Assembly (NCBI GenBank): GCA_001179505.1
Contig: CDMY01000384.1
Location: forward strand, 26,468 to 90,467
Origin: Vitrella brassicaformis CCMP3155
Taxonomy: Eukaryota > Protista > Chromerida
Length of the DNA: 64,000 nucleotides
Direction: 5' to 3'
Made by a program: the position numbers and the translations under genes. Under the pieces are notes generated by a model. It was not told the DNA's origin. It was given only the letters and a program-made list of their open reading frames with translations, and searched no databases. Positions 1-10,000 of the stretch are shown one piece after another; position 1 is the first letter of the stretch, and the number at the start of each line of letters is the position of its first letter.

Positions 1-39
1 ATGGATGTGTCTGTGTGACGGTGCGATGGAGGGTTGCAG

Positions 40-1482
40 GTGAGTTCTTTGATTCCATGCGGCGTGAGGCGGGCGTGATCATCTCTATCACCGAGCGCGG
101 CGCCTTCCGCTCCGGCAAGGAGTATCGGATACTCTATGTAAGGGGACCGATCAAGGGCATCCTGAGGGCACTCGAACACGTCGTGGTCAGCCACACACAG
201 ACAGGCATGCCAACAGACGCTCACACACACACATTTATCTGAACCTGTTGCATGAATGTATGTGTGTAGAGTAAGGTGTACGAGGCGTGTTCGGCCAAGT
301 GTGTGGTGTGTCGCGTGCTCGTGCCGGCGGGGGACACGGCGGGCATCACGGGCACGGGAGGCGGCGGCCTGTCGACGCTGCTTGACGCCACGGGGGCCAC
401 GGTCAAGGCAGAGGGGACCGAGTACCAGTAAGTGTGGATGGAATTGGCCTGCTTGAATCACATTTGTCTGATTTGCGTGTGGTTGGTCACGTGGATGTGC
501 AGTGGTGGGGAGACGTTCCGTATCGTGAGTGTCAGTGGGGGAGAGGAGGCGGTGCTGTGCGCACTGACTCACATCGTACAACAGCCGCTTCAGGTCCGCC
601 TGTCAGAGAGAGCAAACAACATTACACACACGAACACCCCAGCATCATACCGTGCCTGCGTGTCTGCAGGTGGCTGAGAAGGGCGGCCCTGGTGCTGCCT
701 CTCCGCACCAGCACCGCACTCACAAGGCTCCCCCGCCTCCCCCGCCTCCACCCCCACCTCCACCTCCCCGTTTCCCTCCCCCGCCCCCGCCCCCCCGGCT
801 ACCCGTCGTGCTCTCCTGCTGCTGGCCTTACCAACAACCGCTGCACCAGTACTGAATGCACCACACCCGGATGTGGCAGGGCGCGTGGACGCATACTCGA
901 ATGTGTGTGTGTGTGCGTTCAGGTCATCGTCTGTCTCATCCACCATGTTGGCCACTACCAGCGGCTCCTGCAGTGGCGGGGAGGCCGACAGTCTCGGCCA
1001 TGAGGGGGAGGAGGACCGACACGCCGACATATACACACCTGCTGCTGCCAGACCAGTGGCGCACAAGAGGTCAGCCATCTCCACCACACTGCCAAAAGAC
1101 CAACACAAAGACCAAACATAAACACGTACAGCCGCTTGTTGTCTGCCTATGGAAATGTGCGTCATGCAGTGATAAGCACGATATCAGCAGTGGGGATCTG
1201 GGGGCCGGCCACTATGACGACCGCGCTGATAAAGGGTCCAGGTACGCACATACCAACGCAACGCACATCAACCAGCGGTGACTTCTGCTGTCGCGAATGG
1301 ATGGCTGCAGTGGGTGTGATGAGATGAGTGAGGTGGAGTATTTGCGGATGCAGGTGGAGGCGATGCACATGGAGAAGGAGGCCATCCAGAGGCGACACGA
1401 GGCCTTCATCCAGGAGATCATCGCCGCTGCATCAGAGGGGCTTCCCGACCTCCAATCGCAGCTCACGGTCGTCTTCTCCTGA
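40..1482 (+). CDS. KH-domain RNA-binding protein, 3' part (spliced; begins before the window; true stop uncertain: 855 or 1482)
   Basis: GT-AG exons encode KH-like segments: ...REAGVIISITERGAFRSGKEYRILYVRGPIKGILRALEHV, RVLVPAGDTAGITGTGGGGLSTLLDATGATVKAEG (GxxG-like loop) and GGETFRIVSVSGGEEAVLCALTHIV. A poly-Pro exon follows (stop 855). Further exon-like stretches run to MSEVEYLRMQVEAM...VVFS* (1482). Confidence 0.55.
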
Positions 1483-1499
1483 CTCATCCGCCATCCATG

Positions 1500-1650
1500 T
1501 GTTGCGAGAAACGAGTGTATGTGTATGTGTGCGCGCGACACGGCGATGATAAAGGGGGAACGACGAGAGGGATAGAGGCGGGTAGATAGATTAGTTGTTG
1601 GGTGGCTGAGACATGTTTAGGTACGTGCATGTGCATAGGTCGCTTCCGTC
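1500..1650 (+). repeat. Dispersed ~150-bp repeat, copy 1 (others at ~4350-4510 and, partially, ~4706-4757)
   Basis: Shared core tgttgcgaga...cacggcgatgataaaggg...gacgagagg...gatagatt(a/g)gttgttgggtg(g/a)ctgagacatgtttaggtacgtgcatgtg...gtcgctt. Confidence 0.8.
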
Positions 1651-1826
1651 ACCTGCATACAGGGAAGCGTTCGGGCACGGTGAGGTAGCTATGGATGTGA
1701 ATACTGAAAGGTACATGCCATCTGTCGCGATCGCTTGCGAGCTCGGGGGGCTGGTGGGGGCCCGCGGCCGAGAAGGAGGACCACGGAAGAACGCCGCCCC
1801 GGCCTTCAAACCACAATTGTTTCGGC

Positions 1827-3601
1827 ATGTCGGAGTCTGTCGATGAAGGGGCGAAGAACACCGAAAAAAAGCTGGAGGGCGCCGCTGACCAGGAAGAAGA
1901 CCTTGCGGCGGAGGACGTAAGGAGTGCTGGCTTGATGAATCAGACGTGGATGTGCACGTGTCGACATTCACCAGATTGAGCAACTGGAGTACCAGGGGTT
2001 GACATTCCTTGAATACATGGAAGAGTTCGAAGTCATCAAGCAAGATGCCCTGGGCGAGACGCGAAAAGACATATACTCTTACAGTAACTCAAGAAGTACT
2101 GAGAAGCAGAGTTCTCCTGGTTTGTGTGACATACGTTAACTCATAGCGCAACGGCAGGCAGAGTCTGTCGGTCTCTCATGAAACGAACTACGTCAACGTC
2201 GACCAACCCTCAAGTTCTCCTGGTTTGTGTCCTGTGATTCTTCTGCAGTGGCTGTGGCCACCAGGGAACCTTCATTGGAAATCAAACCACAGCGACTCCT
2301 TCGTTCGAAATCAGCGATCATGCCAAAGGGACTCTATCAGGGATAGCGAATACGATACTGGTGCAACCTCTTAGCCGTTTTGTGGCTCCAAATTGGGGGG
2401 CCCACAATTCTCGGCCTCCGTACACAAAACATGACTCGTTGTTGCTTTCATCGAGTGAATGAGAGCTTTTTGTCCTTTCTCGTATGCAGACTTGTATTGA
2501 AAGTACACCTCCGCTAATCGTGAAGACCCAGATGACGATGGATACTATGACAAAACGCCGCGAGAAGAACTGCCTGCTATAGACGACAATTTTGATGTAG
2601 GCATCGGCGCTCTGACGGCCAGATTGCTAGCCATTGGTTTCTTGCCACCTATGTTCTTCAACACCTTCCACGTGAGAGGATGCTTCTTTAACCACATCGA
2701 TGTGTTTCTTTTGTGGCTGCTTGAATATAGGAGTTCACCCGACTCGTGTACTCCTGGTTTACCGTGGAGATATATTTCATTCCTCGAATAGTCTGACGGG
2801 CATTGTGGTTGACATATTGGTATCTGGATGAAAAGATGAAACACTTTGAGTTCATCATTGTTTTTAACTTTCAATACCTTTCTTGCTCACTCATTTCTGA
2901 TCATGCTCTACCTCATCCTGCTACCTATTCTGCTCTGGCTAGAGACGGACCCCATCAATGTTGTACTCAATGCTCTAGCATTTCACTTCTTCGTCTCCAT
3001 CGTGAGCACTAATGAAAAAGCAAAGGCTTCTAAGGCGTGAGCTGTATATCATTGTGGTAGGACAATATTGGAGACACACATCAAGTCACACTGGTTGATG
3101 ACATCGATGTCAACGCCTGTTATCGTCTAATTGAACACAAGTTCGACATCTACAAGAAGCGATTCTTCAAAGAGCTTACCGAGTGCCTCAAATGGACTCA
3201 CGGACGGTTGCGTAGAAAAGAATACACAGCAAGATAATAGCACGATACACATTGTTCTATTCTACTCCTGATTTCACTTGAACAGCGGCAGAGTTGCGGA
3301 GCCTGATATTTCTGCGAAACTGAGAGTGAACTTGGTGGCTTGGGAGCTTCGATACAGTCGCATGATGCGAGGCGCATTGAGCTATGCCATTGATGGTATT
3401 GGTAACGTTGTGAACTTAGTGATATTCTTCTTCTTCATCATATTCCCAAGCATAGAGGGCCTGGCTATTGTTGCCATAGCGTCAAGCATGTGCTGCTTCC
3501 TTGGTGCAAAAAAGGAATTATTTGGTATCAACTTTTCTTTTGCACTCGTGGTTCATTTTTGCGTGCAGGAGCATTTTTTGCCTTGTGTAATACTGCGGTA
3601 A
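1827..3601 (+). CDS. Hypothetical multi-pass membrane protein (spliced, lower-GC region)
   Basis: The exon MSESVDEGAKNTEKKLEGAADQEED|IEQLEYQGLTFLEYMEEFEVIKQD joins across gtaagg..ccag. Later hydrophobic exons are FLAHSFLIMLYLILLPILLWLETDPINVVLNALAFHFFVSI and LAIVAIASSMCCFLG. The full exon chain was not resolved. Confidence 0.5.
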
Positions 3602-3649
3602 AAAAAAATACTCACACTCGATACGCAGCTTTCCACGTGTGTGTGTGTT

Positions 3650-3685
<36 letters not shown>

Positions 3686-4044
3686 ATCTCTCATATTCAG
3701 TTTTGGACTGAGTGCGAATTGTGTATAGGCGCACGCCATCTGGGGATTTCGTCAGGTGGATTGACATTACTAATCACACACACACACACACACACACGCA
3801 CAAAGGGCACATGCATCTTTCTGCAGAAGACCCCTTTCTCGAGGAACTACCAACTCGCAGGGCGTACGCAAAAAAGAAGAAAGACAATTTCGGACTCCTT
3901 CAGCTTGATGGCGCACTCACTTAGTGTCTGTCTAAATATCGAGCCGGTCAAAACATATATGCGTGTTTGGACGTCCGTGTTAGGTGCTTCTTCTGTGTAT
4001 TGCTTGTTTGTTTGCTGTGCGGTGTGACCTATCATATATTGCTG

Positions 4045-4114
4045 AGTCCTTTGGCAACTAAGTCCTTTGGCAACTAAAGACTACCGAAGGAGAGGATTTA
4101 GTTGCCAAACAGGA
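4045..4114. repeat. 16-bp tandem duplication plus inverted repeat (hairpin)
   Basis: AGTCCTTTGGCAACTA occurs at 4045-4060 and 4061-4076. TTTGGCAACTAAA pairs with TTTAGTTGCCAAA (4097-4109) around an 18-nt loop. Confidence 0.85.
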
Positions 4115-4349
4115 AAGACAGCCAAGGCAGTAGTCGACGAGGCGTTCAACGGAAGTATGTCTGTCCAGTATTGTATGGGCACACTTAACTACTCCCGGCT
4201 CTTTCACACACACGCAGGATTACGTCTTCGCATTCCCCATGTTCGCACACAACACACCATACGCCACACACACGGATCAGCTGCCTTATTCTGTCGATTT
4301 TCCTGGCCGTCTGCGTTCTCCTGACGTTAGCCTTCTTCGTCTCATCTAT

Positions 4350-4510
4350 CTGTTGCGAGATACGACTGCATGTGTGTGCGTGCCACGGCGATGATAAAGG
4401 GAGTACCGACGAGAGGTAGAGGGGATAGATAGATTGGTTGTTGGGTGACTGAGACATCTTTAGGTGGCTGAGACATGTTTAGGTACGTGCATGTGTACGA
4501 GTCGCTTCTT
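4350..4510 (+). repeat. Dispersed repeat, copy 2, with an internal ~18-bp tandem duplication
   Basis: Homologous to 1500-1650. Carries ctgagacatctttaggtg/gctgagacatgtttaggta in tandem, where copy 1 has a single unit. Confidence 0.8.
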
Positions 4511-4924
4511 TCAGCTGCAGACGTGGGACGGATGGATGGATGGATGGATGTGTGTGGGTGCGCTGGTAGGTGTGTATAGCTAGCTATGAATGTGTGACAC
4601 GTCAATCAATGCTCATGGTTCTCTCGGCGGAGGGCGGACGCATTCATCAACGAGACGCGTAGAGCAGCACAACGACAGCACCCAGGACTGACGAGAGATC
4701 GGATGTTGGGCGACTGAGACGTGTCTAGATCTACGGATGTGCATAGGTCGCTTCCTTGATGCATATATGGGATAGGGTGGGATGGGATGGGATGGATGTG
4801 TGTGGGTACACGCGTGACATTGGAGGGAGGGACAAAGACAGATATGCGTCAATCAAGGCTATTGGATGGGATGTGTCGATTAATCGACTGCATCCCATCC
4901 CATCCAATAATGTGTCTCTCACCC

Positions 4925-5095
4925 CCATTTGCGACACGCAACTTGCTCCAGGTCTTAAATCGACATGGCAGGACGGGATCAGCAGGCAGGCACATAGGAG
5001 GAAAAAGATCAACCGACGTTTGTGGATGTGTACGTAAAGTATGTAGATACAAATAGGCAGACAGAGAGACAGGCAGGCAGGCAGACAGCCAGACA
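4925..5095 (+). repeat. Direct repeat, copy A (copy B at ~6215-6420)
   Basis: acacgcaactt(g/a)ctccaggtcttaaatcgaca(t/c)ggcaggacgggatcagcagg...cacataggaggaaaaagatcaaccg...atgtagatacaaatag is present at both sites, followed by CAGA/CAGG microsatellites of different length. Confidence 0.85.
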
Positions 5096-5339
5096 CGCAG
5101 ACACACAGGGGTGGTCAGCATGGGATTGGGCAGCCTCGGCCTGCGCCCAGCGACGTGAGGGCCCGTGCGACACACGACAGACGCGCACGTACCACCCCCA
5201 GCCCCCCAAACCCATGACCATGGGGAAGGAGTAGTGAGGCTGACAGACATGTAGATACGAGAGGACGACGGACCAGAGATGCAAGAATGCAGGCTTGCAC
5301 AGCACAGAGAGAAGGCAAGAGTGGTCAGTAGCCAGATAG

Positions 5340-5690
5340 CCAGACAGCCAGCCTCCAGACATGCGAATCAGGCGAACGATACCGATGGCTGACAAATCGA
5401 CAAATGCATGATGGAAGGAAGCAGACAGGCAGCGAGAAAGGCAGCCAAACAGACGGACAGGCAGCGAGCGAGGCAGCGGAAGAGATGAGCGAGCAGGTAG
5501 GCAGGACCGGCAGGCAGCGAGAGTGGCTGCAGCCAGACAGACAGACAGACAGACAGCGAGCCACCGATGGGAATAGCCGCTGGATCGACGAGCGCGTAAT
5601 GGAAGGAAGCAGAGAGGCAGCGAGAAAGGCGGCGAAAGAGCAATGAGGGGAACAAGCAGGACAAACGGGCAGCAAGAGAGACAGCCAGCC
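5340..5690 (+). repeat. Degenerate tandem repeat (two ~190-bp units) built on CAGA/GGCA motifs
   Basis: atggaaggaagcaga(c/g)aggcagcgagaaaggc occurs at ~5411 and ~5599, each preceded by accgatgg...tcgac. Confidence 0.65.
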
Positions 5691-5997
5691 AGCCACAGTC
5701 CCTTGAGTGTCTTAGGTCGACGGCAGTGGCTTATGCGAGCTTGCACACATCACATGCACTAGGCATCCACGACCAACATCTTCACACACATGCCGATCCC
5801 ATGAACGAAAACCGACACAAAGCTCGCCAGGCAGGCCGCACCAGCAACGCGTCGCGTGAAGACCGGAGCGTAGTGTGGGTGGCGAAAGACCTCCACACAC
5901 ACACACAGAGAGAGAGAGCGCGAGAGGGATGGATGGATTGATGCACGCACACAGAAAAACCGACAAGTATCCATCCACATGCTGGCTCGTGCACATG

Positions 5998-6126
5998 GGC
6001 GATCTTGTGTGTGAGCGCCAGGGCGTCCTTGAGCGAAGTCAGCTCACGCGAAGGCGTCGCTGCATCGACACCGAGGGTGAGCTGACTTTGTTCAGGGACA
6101 CCTTGGCACTCACCAACAAGATCGCC
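5998..6126 (+). other. Long intergenic fold-back hairpin (pre-miRNA/siRNA-precursor-like or palindromic element)
   Basis: Arms 5998-6049 and 6075-6126 are 52 nt each: 43 Watson-Crick pairs, 4 G-U pairs and 5 mismatches by manual pairing. The loop contains a further short stem. Confidence 0.8.
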
Positions 6127-6214
6127 ACCCTCCCCTCAGGAACGAACAACATGAACCAATGCCCGTGCACGTGTGTACGTGGTATGGGTGTGAGGGTCGC
6201 AAAAATGGGGTGTT

Positions 6215-6420
6215 TGCAACACGCAACTTACTCCAGGTCTTAAATCGACACGGCAGGACGGGATCAGCAGGCACATAGGAGGAGGAAAAAGATCAACCGT
6301 CGTTTGTGGGTGTGTACGTGTGTACGTACGTATGTAAATATGTAGATACAAATAGACAGACAGACAGACAGACAGAGAGACAGGCAGGCAGGCAGGCAGG
6401 CAGACAGGCAGACAGGCAAA
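6215..6420 (+). repeat. Direct repeat, copy B of 4925-5095
   Basis: See copy A. Confidence 0.85.
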
Positions 6421-7068
6421 TTGCTCCACTCCGTCGCCACTCTCTCTCTCTCCCCCTATCTCTCTCCCACACGCAGCCCGCACGTCAGCCACCGACACAC
6501 AGCCAGCTTCCTGAGCTATCTATCCCCCGCTCCACATACATGTCCACGGTGCAATGGATGGATGGATGGATCACCCCTTCTCCCTCATACATGCCACTTA
6601 GGGTCGATGTGTCTGTCTGTCTATCCGTCTGTCCCTTATTGTGGGCTGGGAGCGGGCACCAACATCTGATGACGACAAGATAAGGGATAAGCAAGCCGGC
6701 CGGGCCAGCGGGGAGCAAAACCTCTCAGGCTCACTGCACTGCACGCAGAGGAAAAAGGAGCTGCATACATGTGTGTGTGGATGTGCAGGCACACAGGCAG
6801 GCAGGCAGACCGAGACGAACAGGGAGGGAGGGACGGGACGGGACGGGACGGCAAGAGAGAGAGACCAGGAAAGCAACAGTGCGCCCGCCCAGAGGGCATG
6901 GATAGATAGAAGTGTGTATGTGCAGATACCCAGACAGACAGACAGACGTGAATAATGACCATCTCTCCCCTCTCATAAGTATGAGTGTCAGGATGCAATG
7001 GATGGACGTGTGTGTGAGTGAGGGATGGATGGATGGATGTGTGTGAGGCCTCATTGTCCCTCCCTCCG

Positions 7069-10000
7069 TCATGTGTCTGTCTGTCTGTCTAAGGCTGCTG
7101 GTGTGGCTGTGGGTTGGGGGTGGGGGGTGGGCACAAATATCTGAAAGGGAGGGAACCGATAGAGATAGACAGACGCCGTCCGTCTCTGTGCCGATTGTGA
7201 GTGTGTGTGTGTGCCGACCTGGTCAGTATTCTTCATCTTTTTCAGCAGCCAGATTTTGATGGCGCACACCTCTTGTCTGGACAGTTTCCCGCCGAAATTT
7301 TGGACGGACGCGTCGTTGGCCGGCGTCTTCTCCTCAAGCATGAGCGCGAGCGACGCTCCGGTGACACCCTCCTGCTGCAACAAAACACAACGAACGCATC
7401 CCGCCCACCCACCCACACACCCCCATCATGTGAAGCATGCGCTGTGCTGTGTGTCTAATCACTGACATCTTTGACGTGCTGCCAGAGGTCCGGATTGGCT
7501 TTGAGGATCCCTTCCTGTTGTTCCAGCAACGCCAGCACGTCTGCATGGCTCAACTCCTCGAGCTTCTTGGGGCCGTGCTGAGCTGCACTCACGCCGGATG
7601 GTGGGCCGCCTTGGTGCCCCTGCTGGACTCCACTGCCTGCCTGCACTGACGGCACACCTGCCACACATATACACACACACACACACACACATACACACAC
7701 ACACATGGGTGCATGCGTCTGCGAAGGTATGTGGGCCCCTCCCTGCCTTGTCCCCCGGTCCCTCACCTGGTTTGTCGCTTCCCTCATTTTTGACATCCGC
7801 AGCCGGCTGGTTGTGCGGCATCGGCGGGGGAGGCGCATAGGGTGGCAAACCGTACGGGCACGGGCCTGACACGCGCATACAACCGTGCCTTGTTTGTTTC
7901 CAGACAGACAGACAGACAGACACTGACCCTGCTGGGGAGCCGGATACTGTGCGTGTGGGTATGTGCCGTAGGGCCAGTAGGGATGTGGTGGCGGCCAGTA
8001 GTGAGGGTAGTGTGGTGGCGGATGTTGGGGTGGCCCTTGACTCCGGCCAGCCCCCTTCTTGTCGCCCTTGGAGTCGTCACTTGCCGTTGCCGCTCCCTTC
8101 TCCGCGGCCGCAGCACCAGAGCCACCTCCGGCACGCTCACCGGACGATGCGGCAACACCCACACCTGCAATCACGGATAGAGAGATGAATGGCAAATCCA
8201 CTCACGATGGTTTGATGTGTCTGTGGCCTTCCCTTCTCACCGTTGTTGGCTGTGTCGGCCGGCACTCCCTCTTCTCTGTCCCCGCCAGCAGACTGCCCGA
8301 CTTGGTTGCAGTCACCGCCACTCCCTGAATGAAGGTGCACATGCAGGGTGCGTCACTCCCTTTCTGTTCCTTTTACCACTGGCGTGCCGCTCCCCGTCAC
8401 CACCACCCCCACCACGACCTGAAAGGGACGGGGATGAGCTGATGATGTCGGTCTCAATCTGGACCAGCTCACCGGTCTGTGCGTTGGCGGCCGGTGCTAC
8501 TTCCCCTCCCCCTCCCCCTGTCCCTTCGCGTGACTCCTGCACAGAGGCCTGGAAGCCATCGCCATCGTCATCGAACACAATGGGACGGTCAGATGATGAT
8601 CCATTCTCTCCGGGAGAAATGCGTATCTGCCCATCCCACTGGGGCAGAAACTGCCCGCGGCGGCGTGCTCGCGGCGGGAGTCCCGGCGCACTCGCGGCGT
8701 GCTCGCCCTTGACGGTCTCGGACTTGACGGTCTCTTCGTCTTGCTTTGCTTCCATCTTGAAGGGCTGGGGTGGTGCGGCAGCTGCTGGGGTGGGGGGAGC
8801 AGCCATGGGTGGTGGCTGCTCGTGCTGGTGTTGGTGCTGGTGCTGTGGAGAGGGTGGGGGAGGGGGCTGAGGCTGGGCAGCAGGGGAACCTCCTGCACGC
8901 ACAGAGGAAGGCCATATACACACAGCAGGGTCTGAATGCGCGCATCGAGCTGCCTCACGTACCGTGCAGCTGAGCCATTGCGGCGGTTTGCTGCAGCATG
9001 GCCAACTGGACAGCGTCGACAGCGTCGGTGAGCGGCACCCAATTCCACCACCTACGCCTTCCCTTCGACACGATGACATCCACGCCCAGCGCAGCAATCA
9101 CCACCCGCACTGCCGGCACGTTATCGTTGACGTCATCCGCGATCTCCAGCTCGGCGTCGTCGGCGTACCTCTTGAGCAATCGGGGTGTACCTTTCGCTGC
9201 GACCTTTTTGACAAGCTTCTGTCGGCAGTCGGCGACGACATCCTCTGGGTCAGGCATGGGCGGGCCACCAGCACCCATCGGCGCGGCCGCGCCAGAAGCA
9301 CTAGTATCTAATAGAGACGCACGCGCAGCAGTAGGTATCCCTCTATCGGTTGGGTGTCCCCCCGTTGCTTCCTGACTTACCAGCCATCGGGTCATCCCCC
9401 ACGCCACCCCCCCCCCCCNNNNNNNNNNNNNNNNNNNNNNNNNNNNNNNNNNNNNNNNNNNNNNNNNNNNNNNNNNNNNNNNNNNNNNNNNNNNNNNNNN
9501 NNNNNNNNNNNNNNNNNNNNNNNNNNNNNNNNNNNNNNNNNNNNNNNNNNNNNNNNNNNNNNNNNNNNNNNNNNNNNNNNNNNNNNNNNNNNNNNNNNNN
9601 NNNNNNNNNNNNNNNNNNNNNNNNNNNNNNNNNNNNNNNNNNNNNNNNNNNNNNNNNNNNNNNNNNNNNNNNNNNNNNNNNNNNNNNNNNNNNNNNNNNN
9701 NNNNNNNNNNNNNNNNNNCCCCCCCCCGCCGCCTCCTTGCGGCCCGTGTGTGCTCCCGTCCCTGTAGTACGGCGTCCTGTTGCGGCTGTCCTGGGCGAGC
9801 TGCCAACCAGAATTCGGCAAATCAAGCCGATCGGGAGACGTCGTCAGCGCCCGCAGCCCCTCCAGCAGCTTGTCAAAGCGCCACTGCCCTGACGACGGGT
9901 CGCGGGAGGCCGTCGCGCTGATGTAGCGGGCCCTGCCGTCGCTGAGGCCGTCGGCGGACACCGTCACCGTCACGGTCACTGCCTCGTTGGTCCCAGGGAT

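Noticed and set aside
4300-6900. CRISPR-like array
   Set aside because: The repeats are long, irregularly spaced and degenerate, with no constant repeat/unique spacer periodicity and no cas genes.
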